This document shows, piece by piece, positions 1-9,405 of a DNA stretch of 32,000 bases. The notes under the pieces are model-generated. The model was not told the DNA's origin, did not search any database, and worked only from the letters and a program-made list of their open reading frames with translations. Numbering within the stretch: position 1 is the stretch's first letter; each line of letters opens with the position of its first letter. Source of the DNA: Methylorubrum extorquens (GTDB lineage: Bacteria > Pseudomonadota > Alphaproteobacteria > Rhizobiales > Beijerinckiaceae); contig LT962688.1 of NCBI GenBank assembly GCA_900234795.1, positions 1,920,001-1,952,000 on the forward strand, given 5' to 3'. The translations under genes and the position numbers were made by a program.

Positions 1-204
1 GGGCGCCACGGCGAGACCGTATCCGGGCTCCGGATAGAGTTCCTGCAACACGTCGTAATAGGACGACAGCACCGCCCGGTCCCAGGCCAGGAGTCGATCC
101 GTCGGGCGCAGCCGCCGCAGCCTTCCGTCGGCGGCGGGGCGCTCCAGGGCGACGTAATCGGTCTCGACGAGGCGGGCGAAGAGATCGTCGATCTTCGCAA
201 CGGG
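1..204 (-). CDS. 5' end of an unidentified CDS that runs out of the window (start codon unresolved)
   Basis: The reverse-strand frame reads VAKIDDLFARLVETDYVALERPAADGRLRRLRPTDRLLAWDRAVLSSYYDVLQELYPEPGYGLAVAP. It is open from an in-frame TAA at 205-207 to the window edge and has G/C at most third positions. The first canonical start in this frame is GTG at 70-72, so the true start is unclear. No family recognised. Confidence 0.3.
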
Positions 205-316
205 TTAATGGGAGCGTGCCGGTTTTTGCAGCGTCCTGGTGATGGCGCCGTGCGTTCTCGCGGGGGACGAGGCCGGCGGTCGAGCGCCACCCCCTGCCAG
301 AGGCTCCGTCAAACGC

Positions 317-1579
317 TCAGCCGCGGGCCTCCTGCACCTGCCCGGTCTTCCACTGGAACGGCGGCTCGGTGCCGTTGACCGCGTAATCGCCGACGACGCG
401 GTCCTTGAAGATGCGCGGATTGTGCGAGGCGATCGTGCGGGCGTTGCGCCAGTGGCGATCCAGGGCGTGGCGGCGGCTGGTCGCCGAGGCGCCGAGCGCG
501 TCGAACAGGATCGTGCCGGCATCCAGCACGAGGCCGGTCAGCACGCTCTGCGCCTGGGCCAGCTCGATCTCCGCCGCCACGTTGATCGCGTGGCTTTCCG
601 CTTCGGACAGGCCCGCGACCCGCGCCTCGTAGGCCCGCTGCACGGCCTGCGCCGCTTGAAGGGTGATCGCACCCGCCGCGTAGGCGAGGCTGTGAACCCG
701 GCCCACGACTTGGAGCACCTGCGGGTCGGCGCTGGGGCGCGCTCCTGCGGCGTGGGAATAGGTGCGGTTACGCTCGCGCACCGCCTGGGCGACCTCGCCC
801 GCCGCCGCCCGGGCGATGCCGGTGAGGGTGGCCAGATGCACCGCCTGGAAGAAGGCAGGGCCATAGGGGAAACGCTCCGCCGTCGGCAGCGGCTCGCCGA
901 TGGCGGGGGCGTCCTCGAACAGGGCGGTGCCGCTGGCGGTGAGCCGCTGGCCGAACCCGTCCCAATCGTCGATGATCTCGACGCCCGCGGCTTTGGCCGG
1001 CACCACCACCGAGGTTTCCTCCCCCGCCTCGCCGGTGCCGACGACGTCGATCCAGTCGGCGAAGAGCGAGCCCGTGGTGTAGTACTTTTTGCCCGTCAGC
1101 CCCCAGCGCGCGCCGCTGCGGTGGATGCAGGTCTCGAAGGTGCCGACGGCGGCGGTCCCGGTCTCGGACCACGCGCCGCCGAACAGGTCGCCGGCCGCGA
1201 GGCGTTCGATCCACTGCGTTCGGCGCTCCCCCGCCGGACTGCCGACCGTGTCCTCGGCGAAACCGAAATGGTTGCGCAGGGCCTGCGGCAGGTTGGAATC
1301 GGCTTGTCCCAGTTCGGCCAGCAACGCGAACAGGTCGGGCAGGCTCGCGCCGAAGCCGCCCTCGTCCTCCGCCACCCGCAGGGCGCCGAAGCGAGCTTCC
1401 TTCAGCCATCCGATCGCCGCATGGGGCAGATCGCGGTCCTGCTCGCGCGCGACCGCCCCCTCGCGGATGCGGGCGAAGACGGGCCGGAAGCGCGCGGCGA
1501 GGGCCTCGTAGCGCGGGCTCGGGGGCGTGCCCCAAGCGGTCCAAGGGGCGGTCGACCGGGCGGCGTCGGGTTCACTCAT
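317..1579 (-). CDS. SfnB/DszC-type acyl-CoA-dehydrogenase-fold flavoprotein (sulfur-acquisition oxidoreductase family)
   Basis: 420-aa ORF with strong GC3 bias. It has segments I recognise from SfnB/DszC-like ACAD-fold enzymes (IDDWDGFGQRLTASG; LDRHWRNARTIASHNP near the C-terminus). It lies 31 nt downstream of the livF-like gene on the same strand. Confidence 0.85.
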   Translation of the reverse strand: MSEPDAARSTAPWTAWGTPPSPRYEALAARFRPVFARIREGAVAREQDRDLPHAAIGWLKEARFGALRVAEDEGGFGASLPDLFALLAELGQADSNLPQALRNHFGFAEDTVGSPAGERRTQWIERLAAGDLFGGAWSETGTAAVGTFETCIHRSGARWGLTGKKYYTTGSLFADWIDVVGTGEAGEETSVVVPAKAAGVEIIDDWDGFGQRLTASGTALFEDAPAIGEPLPTAERFPYGPAFFQAVHLATLTGIARAAAGEVAQAVRERNRTYSHAAGARPSADPQVLQVVGRVHSLAYAAGAITLQAAQAVQRAYEARVAGLSEAESHAINVAAEIELAQAQSVLTGLVLDAGTILFDALGASATSRRHALDRHWRNARTIASHNPRIFKDRVVGDYAVNGTEPPFQWKTGQVQEARG

Positions 1580-1610
1580 CGACTGTCTCGTTCGGTGAAG
1601 GACAAAGGTT

Positions 1611-2372
1611 TCAGTGTCGGGTCCCGGCCTCGGCGCCGCCGAGGTAGAGCGCGCCGAGCCGTCCGCTCGCGGCGAGGTCCGCGCTGGAGCCGGAGGCCAC
1701 CACGCGCCCGCTCTCGAGCACGACGGCGCGGTGGGCGACCTCGAGCACGAGGTTGGCGTTCTGCTCGGCGACGAGGACGCTCATCCCCTCCTCGCGGTTG
1801 AGCCGGGCGACGATCGCGAAGATCTCGGCGACGATGATCGGCGCGAGCCCCATGGAGGGCTCGTCGAGCAGGAGCAGGGTCGGGCGGGTCATCAGGGCGC
1901 GCCCGATCGCCACCATCTGCTGCTCGCCGCCGGAGGTCAGGCCGGCTTTCGCCCCGCGCCGCTGCTTCAGGCGGGGAAACCACGCGTAGATCCGCTCCAG
2001 ATCATCCGCGAGTTGTCGCCGGCTCGGGCGGCGGAGATAGCCGCCCGTCAGCAGGTTTTCCTCCACCGTGAGCTGGCCGAAGACGTGGCGGCCCTCCAGT
2101 ACCTGGACGATGCCGCGGGCGACGAGGTCGGCGGGGTCGAGTCGCCCGGTCGCCTCGCCCTGCCAGCGGATGGCGCCACGCCGCAGGCTGCCGCGCTGCG
2201 CACCGAGCAGGTTCGAGATCGCCCGCAGGGTCGTGGTCTTGCCGGCGCCGTTGGGGCCGATCAGGGCGACGATCTCGCCCTTGGCCACGCTGAGCGAGAC
2301 GTCGCGCAGGCCCAGGATCGAGGCGCCGTAGACCGCCTCGATGGATTCGACGTCGAGGAAGGACGCGCTCAT
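1611..2372 (-). CDS. HAAT-family ABC transporter ATP-binding protein (LivF-like)
   Basis: 253 aa. Walker A GPNGAGKTT, ABC signature LTSGGEQQ, Walker B LLLLDEPSMGL. The start overlaps the stop of the upstream binding-protein gene by 4 nt. Confidence 0.9.
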   Translation of the reverse strand: MSASFLDVESIEAVYGASILGLRDVSLSVAKGEIVALIGPNGAGKTTTLRAISNLLGAQRGSLRRGAIRWQGEATGRLDPADLVARGIVQVLEGRHVFGQLTVEENLLTGGYLRRPSRRQLADDLERIYAWFPRLKQRRGAKAGLTSGGEQQMVAIGRALMTRPTLLLLDEPSMGLAPIIVAEIFAIVARLNREEGMSVLVAEQNANLVLEVAHRAVVLESGRVVASGSSADLAASGRLGALYLGGAEAGTRH

Positions 2373-3742
2373 TTCGCGCCCGCCTCCGCTCTGTCCTCGG
2401 AGCGGGGCGTGATGCCCTTCTCGCGGGCATAGGCCGCTGCGCGCTCGTAGATCACCGGCAGGAGCAGCTCACGGTCGGACTTGACCCAGCCGTTGCTGAC
2501 GATGTTCCACTTCGCGCCGTCCCATTGCAGCACCTTGCCGGCGCCGCCGCCCTCGTGGTCCTTGATCGAGAGGCGCAGCGGCTGGACGAGGCCGTCCGCG
2601 CCGAGTTCCTTCAGGCGGGCTTCGTCGAGCACGAGATGTTCGAGGCCCCACTGCGTCTCCTCGCCGTTGAGGGGGCGCTTGCCGAAGCGGGCTTGCGCCG
2701 TGCGGATCGCCTCGACGGCGATGATCGTCTCGATCACACCGGAGTTGTAGTAGACCGAACCGAAGCTCTTGAGATCCTTCAGGTCGCTCTTGCCCTGATC
2801 GATGATCGCCGCCTTGATCTTCTTGAGGATGCCGAACTCGACCCCCGCCGGGAACGGGGTGATGGCGAGATAGCCCTTGCCGACGCTGCCGGCCGGGCGC
2901 ACGTCCTCCTCCGACCCCGACCAGATGCCGCCGATGATGTGATCGACGGGAAAGCCCGTCTTGGCCGCGGTCTTGATCGCCACCGGGGTCATCACGCCCC
3001 AGCCGCGCAGAAACACCCAGTCCGGCTTGATCTGGCGGATGCGCGCCCATTGCGCCGACTGGTCGTTGCCGGGATGCGGCACCGCGATCTGGATGTTCTC
3101 GAAGCCGTAGGTCTTGGCCAGCAGGTCGAGCGGGACTTGCGTCTCCTTGCCGTAAGGCGAGTCGTGGTAGACGGTCGCGATCTTGAGGCCCTTGAGCTTG
3201 TCCTTCCCGCCGACCTGCTCGGCGATGTAGTTCACCGCCGAGGACGCCTCGCTCCAGAAGCTGAACAGCGCGGTGAAGCTGTAGGGGAAGACGCGCCCGT
3301 CGATCGCCTCGGTGCGGCCGTAGCCGGTGGTGAGCAGCGGGATCTTGTCGGCGGCGGATTTCTCGGTGAGCGCCTTCGTGATCGGGTCACCGTGGGGCAG
3401 GAACAGCGGCACCGGCGAGCCGTCACGGCCGCCCTTCAGCCGCTCGTAGCACTCGACGCCCTTCTCGACCGCCCACTCGGTCTCGCACTCCTCCCAGGTC
3501 AGCTTGACGCCGTTGATGCCGCCCTCGACCTCGTTGAGGTAGCGGAGATAATCGATGGTCCCGCCCCAGACCGGCGTGCCGGACGAGGCGTAGGCGCCGA
3601 CCCGGTAGGTCGCGAGGGGAATGTATTGCTTGGCCGCTTGAGCACCGGCTTCTTGCGCGAAGGCGGTGGGCGCGAGGCCTGGAGCGGCGGTCAGGCTTGC
3701 GGCGAGGGCGACGGCGCGCAGGGCGCGGGACAGGCGTGGCAT
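2369..3742 (-). CDS. ABC transporter periplasmic substrate-binding protein (Liv/HAAT type-1 PBP-like)
   Basis: 457 aa. N-terminal signal-like segment AVALAASLTAAPGLAPTAFAQ. Position inside a livHMGF-like gene set. Overall resemblance to branched-chain/amide-type binding proteins (from memory). Confidence 0.8.
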   Translation of the reverse strand: MPRLSRALRAVALAASLTAAPGLAPTAFAQEAGAQAAKQYIPLATYRVGAYASSGTPVWGGTIDYLRYLNEVEGGINGVKLTWEECETEWAVEKGVECYERLKGGRDGSPVPLFLPHGDPITKALTEKSAADKIPLLTTGYGRTEAIDGRVFPYSFTALFSFWSEASSAVNYIAEQVGGKDKLKGLKIATVYHDSPYGKETQVPLDLLAKTYGFENIQIAVPHPGNDQSAQWARIRQIKPDWVFLRGWGVMTPVAIKTAAKTGFPVDHIIGGIWSGSEEDVRPAGSVGKGYLAITPFPAGVEFGILKKIKAAIIDQGKSDLKDLKSFGSVYYNSGVIETIIAVEAIRTAQARFGKRPLNGEETQWGLEHLVLDEARLKELGADGLVQPLRLSIKDHEGGGAGKVLQWDGAKWNIVSNGWVKSDRELLLPVIYERAAAYAREKGITPRSEDRAEAGAK

Positions 3743-3776
3743 CGTTCGGTTCTCCGGGACGGTTCTGGGAAAAGGA

Positions 3777-4820
3777 TCAGCGGGCGGGGCGGCGCAGGCG
3801 GCCGAGCAGCGCGGCCAGCCCGTTCGGCTCCTTGATCAGGAAGCCGATGATGAGCGCGCCGAAGAGGATGCGCTGGAGGTTCGAGAGCTGGCCGCCGTCG
3901 AGGCTGCCGCCGAGGAACGCGTTCGACAGGTGGGTGAGCAGGATCGGCGTCAGCACGATGAAGGCGGCGCCGATGAAGCTGCCGGACAGGCCGCTCAAGC
4001 CGCCGATGATGATGATGAACATCGCCTGGAATGAGCGGTCGAGATCGAAGCTGCGGGCATCGACCGTGCCGAGATAGGCAAACGCCCACAATGCGCCGGC
4101 CACACCGCTCACCGCGGCCCCGACGAAGAAGGCCGAGAGCTTGGCCCGCGCCACCGGCACGCCGATGACGGCGGCGGCGGTCTCGCCGTCGCGCACCGCC
4201 CGCCAGTTGCGGCCGGTCTGGCTTCCGACGAGGCGCCACGCCAGCACCGTGACGACGGTGACGCTGGTTAGTGTCAGTGCGTAGCGTCCGGCCGGGCTCG
4301 ACAGGTCGTAGCCGAGGAACACGAGCCGCGGGGCCGAGATCGCGCTGGACGAGGCGTAGTTCGAGAACCAGCCGACCTGATTGAAGACCCACTCGATCAG
4401 GAACTGTGCCGCCAGCGTCGGCGCGATCAGGTAGAAGCCCTTGATGCGAAGGCTCGGCAGGCCGACAACGAGCCCGACCGCCCCGGCGATGAGGCCCCCG
4501 CCCGCGAGGCTGACCGGCAGCGGCAGTTCGGGCAGGCGCAGCAGCAGGTTGTAGGTGGCGTAGGCCCCCACCGCCATGAAGGCGCCGGTGCCGAGCGAGG
4601 CCTGGCCCGCATAGCCCATGGTCAGGTTCAGGCCGAGCCCGGCCAGAGCCATGATCAGGAACGGGATCAGGATCGCGTTGTACCAGTAATCGGTGGCGGT
4701 GAGCGGGATCGCCACGAAGGCGACCGCGAGCAGAAGGGCGAGGCCGGCGGCGCGCACGGGAAGAGCGGGCAGCGCGGGGCGCCGGACGGGCGCGAGGGCG
4801 GCAGCGAGGGCAGGAGGCAT
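3777..4820 (-). CDS. HAAT-family ABC transporter permease (LivM-like)
   Basis: 347 aa, multi-span hydrophobic protein. It is 4 nt downstream of the LivH-like gene. The GLNLTMGYAGQASLGTGAFMAVGAY segment is typical of LivM-type permeases. Confidence 0.85.
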   Translation of the reverse strand: MPPALAAALAPVRRPALPALPVRAAGLALLLAVAFVAIPLTATDYWYNAILIPFLIMALAGLGLNLTMGYAGQASLGTGAFMAVGAYATYNLLLRLPELPLPVSLAGGGLIAGAVGLVVGLPSLRIKGFYLIAPTLAAQFLIEWVFNQVGWFSNYASSSAISAPRLVFLGYDLSSPAGRYALTLTSVTVVTVLAWRLVGSQTGRNWRAVRDGETAAAVIGVPVARAKLSAFFVGAAVSGVAGALWAFAYLGTVDARSFDLDRSFQAMFIIIIGGLSGLSGSFIGAAFIVLTPILLTHLSNAFLGGSLDGGQLSNLQRILFGALIIGFLIKEPNGLAALLGRLRRPAR

Positions 4821-4824
4821 CGGG

Positions 4825-5706
4825 TCAGACTCTCTCGATGGCGCGTTCGCCGAACAGTCCGGCCGGGCGCACCAGCAGGAAGGCGACGGCGAGCCCGTAG
4901 GCGAACCAGGTGGAGACGGAGCCGCCGAGCAGCGGCCCGAGATAGATCTCGGCGAGCGCGTCGGCCGCGCCGACGATGAGGCCGCCGACGACGGCGCCGG
5001 TGATCGAGGTGAAGCCGCCGATGATGAGCACCGGGAGCGCCTTCAGCACCACGAAGGTGAGGGAGAACTGCACCCCCTGGCGCGCGCCCCAGAGCAGGCC
5101 CGCCACCAGCGCCACGAAGCCCGCCACCGCCCAGACCGTGGCCCAGAGCACGGGGAGCCGGATGCCGATGGAGAGCGCCGCCTGCGGATCGTCGGCCACC
5201 GCGCGCAGCGAGACGCCGACGCGGGTGCGCTCGAAGAACAGCCACAGGGCAATCACCAGGGCGCCGGCGCTCGCCGCCGCCACGAGATCGAAGGAGCTGA
5301 GCTGGATCGGGCCGATCGCCACCGGCAGGTCGCTGATGCCGAGGTCGAGTTCGTGGACGCTGGCGCCCATCACGAACTGCGAGCCGCCCTCGATGATGTA
5401 GGACAGGCCCAGCGTCGCCATGAACAGCGTGATCTGCGAGCGGTTCACGAGGGGCCGCAGCACGATCCGCTCGACGGCGACCGCCAGCGTCACCATGATC
5501 GCCAGCGTGATCAGGCCGGCGAGCCAGAACGGCACGTCGCGTTCGGTCAGCGTCACGAAGGTGAGCGCGGCGCACAGCACCATCGCCCCTTGCGCGAAGT
5601 TGAACACGCCCGACGCCTTGTAGATCAGCACGAAGCCGATCGCGACGAGGGCATACATCACGCCGGCGAGCAGACCGCTCGCGAGCGTTTCCAGAAAGAA
5701 GCTCAT
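4825..5706 (-). CDS. HAAT-family ABC transporter permease (LivH-like)
   Basis: 293 aa hydrophobic protein. The N-terminus MSFFLETLASGLLAGVMYALVAIGFVLIYKASGVFNFAQG is typical of LivH-type permeases. Confidence 0.9.
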   Translation of the reverse strand: MSFFLETLASGLLAGVMYALVAIGFVLIYKASGVFNFAQGAMVLCAALTFVTLTERDVPFWLAGLITLAIMVTLAVAVERIVLRPLVNRSQITLFMATLGLSYIIEGGSQFVMGASVHELDLGISDLPVAIGPIQLSSFDLVAAASAGALVIALWLFFERTRVGVSLRAVADDPQAALSIGIRLPVLWATVWAVAGFVALVAGLLWGARQGVQFSLTFVVLKALPVLIIGGFTSITGAVVGGLIVGAADALAEIYLGPLLGGSVSTWFAYGLAVAFLLVRPAGLFGERAIERV

Positions 5707-5716
5707 GGATCGGCCC

Positions 5717-6487
5717 TCAATGCGGCTTGCCGAGATAGGCCGCGATCACGGCCGGGTCGTTGCGGATCGCCTCGGGTGGGCCGTCGCCGACCTTGCGGCC
5801 GTAATCGAGCACCACGACGTGGTCGGACAGGCTCATGACGACGCCGATATCGTGCTCGATCAGCACGATGGTGGTGCCGAACTCATCGCGCGCCGCCGCG
5901 ATGAAGCGGGCCATGGCGCGCTTCTCGTCGCCGTTCATGCCGGCCATCGGCTCGTCGAGCAGCAGCAACGTGGGCCGCGCCACCAGGGCGCGGGCGAGAT
6001 CGACCCGCTTCTGGATGCCGTAGGGGAGCGTCGCGACGATGCGGTCGCGGTAGGGGGTGAGTTCGAGGAAACTCAGCGTCTCCTCCGCGGCGGCTCGGAA
6101 GCGGCGCGTCTCGGCGGCGTCGCGGGGAAGCCCCAGCGCGTGCTCGATCAGGGTGGTGCGGCTGTGGCGGGCGAGCCCGGCCAGCACGTTGTCGAGGACG
6201 CTGAGGCCCGCGAACAGGGCCGCGTGCTGGAAGGTGCGCCCGATGCCGCGCCGCGCCGCAGCCCCCGGCCGGATCGAGCGCAGGCGCTTCCCCTCGAAGG
6301 CGACGTGGCCGGCATCGGCCCGGTAGACGCCGTTGAGGATGTTGAGCGCCGAGGACTTGCCGGCCCCGTTCGGGCCGATGAGGGCGCAGATCTCGCCGCG
6401 CTCGACCGAGAAGCTCAACGCATTGATCGCCTTGAGGCCCTTGAACGAGAGCGAGACGTTGGAGAGTTCGAGGATCGGGTCGGCCAT
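5717..6487 (-). CDS. HAAT-family ABC transporter ATP-binding protein (LivG-like)
   Basis: I chose the internal ATG at 6487 (MADPILELSNVSLSF...) rather than the 376-aa ORF start at 6847, because the extra 120 residues are Arg/Gly/Pro-rich and overlap the upstream monooxygenase gene. Walker A GPNGAGKSS, Walker B LLLLDEPMAGM. Confidence 0.9.
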   Translation of the reverse strand: MADPILELSNVSLSFKGLKAINALSFSVERGEICALIGPNGAGKSSALNILNGVYRADAGHVAFEGKRLRSIRPGAAARRGIGRTFQHAALFAGLSVLDNVLAGLARHSRTTLIEHALGLPRDAAETRRFRAAAEETLSFLELTPYRDRIVATLPYGIQKRVDLARALVARPTLLLLDEPMAGMNGDEKRAMARFIAAARDEFGTTIVLIEHDIGVVMSLSDHVVVLDYGRKVGDGPPEAIRNDPAVIAAYLGKPH

Positions 6488-6492
6488 CGCCC

Positions 6493-7896
6493 TCACTCCG
6501 CCGCTTCGAGGCGGTTGGCCTCGCGGGCCTTCACCGCCTCGATGTCGCGGTAGCCATGGGCCGGGTGGGTCTCCGGCAGGAGCGGGCCGCGCCCGAACAG
6601 CTTTTCGCGCAAGGTGCCGGGGCGGTAGCTCTTGGGGTAGACGCCGCGGCGCTGAAGTTCGGGCACCAGCAGGTTGACCGTGTCCTCGAAGGTCTCCGGC
6701 GTCACCGCGTAGGCGAGGTTGAAGCCGTCGACATCGGTCTCCTCGACCCATTCCTGGAGGATGTCGGCCACCGTCGCGGCCGAGCCGACGAAGACCGGCC
6801 CGATCCCGCCGATGCCGCCCCAGCGGGCGAGTTCGGCGATCGACCACGGCTTCTCGGACGAGGAGAAGCTCTCGACCATCGAGACGATGGCGTTGGTCTC
6901 GACCTTCTTCACCAGGTCGGTCGGTGCGTATTGGCCGAAATCGATCCCGCTCCAGCCCGACATGAAGACCAGCGCGCCGTCATACGACGCATAGGATTGG
7001 TATTCCTCGAACTTCTTCTGCGCGGCCTCGTCGGTCTCGGCGACGATGACGGTGGTGAGGTTGTAGATCAGCACGTCGCGGGCCGAGCGGCCGGCGGCGA
7101 CGGCCTTGGCCCGCACGTCGGCGACATAGGCCTTGAGCATGGATTTCAGCGGCGCGCCGACGAAGACGCACTCGGCATGTCCCGCGGCGAATGCCTTGCC
7201 GGGGCCGGAGGCGCCGGCCTGATAGAGCACCGGCGTGCGCTGGGGCGAGGGCTCGCAGAGATGATAGCCCGGAACGGTGAAGTGCCGGCCGCGATGGTCG
7301 ATCTCGTGCACCTTGGACGGATCGGTGAAGATCCGCCGCTCGCGGTCGCGCAGGACCGCGCCGGGTTCCCAGCTGCCCTCGAACAGCTTGTAGAGCACCT
7401 CGACATATTCGGCGGCGACCTCGTAGCGGTTGTCGTGGCGCGCGAGCCCCGACTGGCCGACGTTCTTGGCCCCGCTCTCCAGATACGAGGTGACGATGTT
7501 CCAGCCGACACGGCCCTTGGTGTGGTGATCGGCGGTCGAGAGGCGGCGGGCGAAGGTGTAGGGGTGCTCGAACGAGGTCGAGGCGGTGATGCCGATGCCG
7601 AGATGCTCGGTGGCGAGCGCGATGGGCGCGGCGAGCTGGAGCGGATCGTTGACCGGGATCTGCGCCGCCTGCTGCAGGGCGTGCCAATTCGAGCCCTTGT
7701 AGACATCGTAGTAGCCGACGACATCGGCAATGAAGATCCCGTCGAAGATGCCCCGCTCCAGGGTGCGGGCGAGATCCTGCCAGTATTCGAGATCCTTGTA
7801 CTGCCACGAGCGGTCGCGCGGATGGGCCCACAGGCCCGGCGACTGGTGGCCGACGCAGTTCATGTCGAAGGCGTTGAAGCGGATTTGGCGCGTCAT
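6493..7896 (-). CDS. LLM-class flavin-dependent monooxygenase, NtaA/SnaA/DszA(SoxA) family
   Basis: 467 aa. The N-terminus MTRQIRFNAFDMNCVGHQSPGLWAHPRDRSWQYKDLEYWQDLARTLERGIFDGIFIADV is characteristic of this family. The stop lies 5 nt before the livG-like start. Confidence 0.9.
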   Translation of the reverse strand: MTRQIRFNAFDMNCVGHQSPGLWAHPRDRSWQYKDLEYWQDLARTLERGIFDGIFIADVVGYYDVYKGSNWHALQQAAQIPVNDPLQLAAPIALATEHLGIGITASTSFEHPYTFARRLSTADHHTKGRVGWNIVTSYLESGAKNVGQSGLARHDNRYEVAAEYVEVLYKLFEGSWEPGAVLRDRERRIFTDPSKVHEIDHRGRHFTVPGYHLCEPSPQRTPVLYQAGASGPGKAFAAGHAECVFVGAPLKSMLKAYVADVRAKAVAAGRSARDVLIYNLTTVIVAETDEAAQKKFEEYQSYASYDGALVFMSGWSGIDFGQYAPTDLVKKVETNAIVSMVESFSSSEKPWSIAELARWGGIGGIGPVFVGSAATVADILQEWVEETDVDGFNLAYAVTPETFEDTVNLLVPELQRRGVYPKSYRPGTLREKLFGRGPLLPETHPAHGYRDIEAVKAREANRLEAAE

Positions 7897-7950
7897 GAGG
7901 CTTCGTCCGTTGAGGGGGCTTCGGGCGGCGCGGCGGGAATGCTCGGGGGC

Positions 7951-9405
7951 TCAGCCCGGGGCGAGGCCGAGCAACTGGCCGAGCGGCACGATCAGCGTGG
8001 CGCCGACGTAGAAGCCGTCCTTGGTGCGGTTGGGCGTGAAGGGGTTCCAGAAGGAATTGCCGTTGACGAGGTACTGGACCACCGGCTCGAAGAAGATGTT
8101 CTTGCCGAGCGCGAGATGCGCGTTGGCCTCGAAGACCAGCTTGTCGCGTGAATAGATTTCGCCGCTGCCGCCGGAGATGAAGTTCGCGTCGCCGAGGAAC
8201 TGGGCGTAGTCGGCGGAGATGCGCTGCCAGTTGACCTTGACGCCGTAGCGGTCGTGCGGCCGGCTCTGGTCGGGCGCCTGGAGGGTGAGGCCGGCGAACG
8301 CGTTCCAGCGGATCGGCACCGTCGGGTCGGGGGCGTAGGCGAGGCTGGTATAGGCCTGGAGCGAGGTCGGGTTGAGGTTGCCCACCTCCGCCCCGCCATC
8401 GGCGCGCCAGAACACTTGGCTTCCGGTGAGGATCACGCCGGAGGTGCCGGAGCGCAGCCGCACCGGATCGCCGGGATTGAGCCCCTTCGAGGTGCCGAAG
8501 ACCGTCTTGAAGTTATCCTCGTGGTCGGCGGTGTTGTAGAAGCCGGTCAGCGCCACGCGGCTCGGATAGGGATCGGTGACGAAGGTCGTGGCGTGGCCGA
8601 TCTCGGCCAGCGTCACGACGCCGTTGAGCGGTTCGTGGCCGAAGTCCCAGCCCGAGGTGAAGTTCGCGCGGCCCGTGACTGCGAAGGCACCGGCCTGGAT
8701 GTAGTCGTCGGGGGACGTCTTGTAGGCGACGTTGGCGCCCCAGACGCCGTAGAGCGGCGAGGACAGGCCCGCATTGATCTGCAGGATGTCTTGGAAGCAG
8801 CTCACGCTCGATTGGCACGGCGGCAGCGCGTAGTAGCGGTTCGGATGGGTACGCCCGACTTCGATGGCGAGGCGGTCGTCGAGCAGGCGCTGCTCGTAGG
8901 TGAGGATCGAGAGGCGGGCGAAATCGCGGTTGAAGGTCGGCTGGTAGCCGATCGTGGTGTCGCCGATATCGGCGCCCATGTTGCGGTTGTTCCAGCGCAG
9001 GCCGAAGAAGGTCTGGGTGATGTGGAACCAGCCGCCGGGGACACCCGCCAGTTTGTCCAGATCCGCATCGAGGCTCAGCAGGTAATAGGCCGAGTTCGAG
9101 AGTTGCCCGGGCCGCAGGCCCGCGCTCGGGTTCGAGAAGAAGAAGTCGTAGACGTTGACGTCGAAGCTGAGGCCCGCGAGCGCCAGCGAGGCGGCGTACG
9201 GCGCGAGCGGCCCGTGCCACTTCACCTTGCCGTCCGGCGCGACGCCGATCGCTTCGGGGTTGGTGCGGGGGCCGGCCTCCCCGGTGAAGCTCTCGACCGC
9301 GCTCGGCGATTGCGCCAGGGCCGGGGTGTCAAGGAGCGGCAGGGCACAGGCGAGGCCGGCGCCGAGCAGCAGGAGGCGGGCCGGCGGGGACAGGACGTTG
9401 GGCAT
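7951..9405 (-). CDS. Outer-membrane porin, OprB (carbohydrate-selective porin)-like
   Basis: The ORF runs 7951..9432. I prefer the ATG at 9405 (MPNVLSPPARLLLLGAGLACALPLLDTPALAQ), which gives a signal peptide. The composition is beta-rich with many aromatic and Gly residues. The C-terminal region FFEPVVQYLVNGNS resembles the OprB-family motif (from memory). Confidence 0.6.
   Translation of the reverse strand: MPNVLSPPARLLLLGAGLACALPLLDTPALAQSPSAVESFTGEAGPRTNPEAIGVAPDGKVKWHGPLAPYAASLALAGLSFDVNVYDFFFSNPSAGLRPGQLSNSAYYLLSLDADLDKLAGVPGGWFHITQTFFGLRWNNRNMGADIGDTTIGYQPTFNRDFARLSILTYEQRLLDDRLAIEVGRTHPNRYYALPPCQSSVSCFQDILQINAGLSSPLYGVWGANVAYKTSPDDYIQAGAFAVTGRANFTSGWDFGHEPLNGVVTLAEIGHATTFVTDPYPSRVALTGFYNTADHEDNFKTVFGTSKGLNPGDPVRLRSGTSGVILTGSQVFWRADGGAEVGNLNPTSLQAYTSLAYAPDPTVPIRWNAFAGLTLQAPDQSRPHDRYGVKVNWQRISADYAQFLGDANFISGGSGEIYSRDKLVFEANAHLALGKNIFFEPVVQYLVNGNSFWNPFTPNRTKDGFYVGATLIVPLGQLLGLAPG

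Noticed and set aside
239-1801. 520-aa plus-strand ORF
   Set aside because: It is antisense to the SfnB-like and livF-like genes. It is Arg/Gly/Ala-rich with no motifs, a typical shadow ORF of high-G+C DNA.
5717-6847. 376-aa version of the livG-like gene
   Set aside because: The first 120 residues are Arg/Pro/Gly-rich and overlap the 3' end of the monooxygenase gene. The canonical N-terminus MADPILELSNVS starts at 6487.
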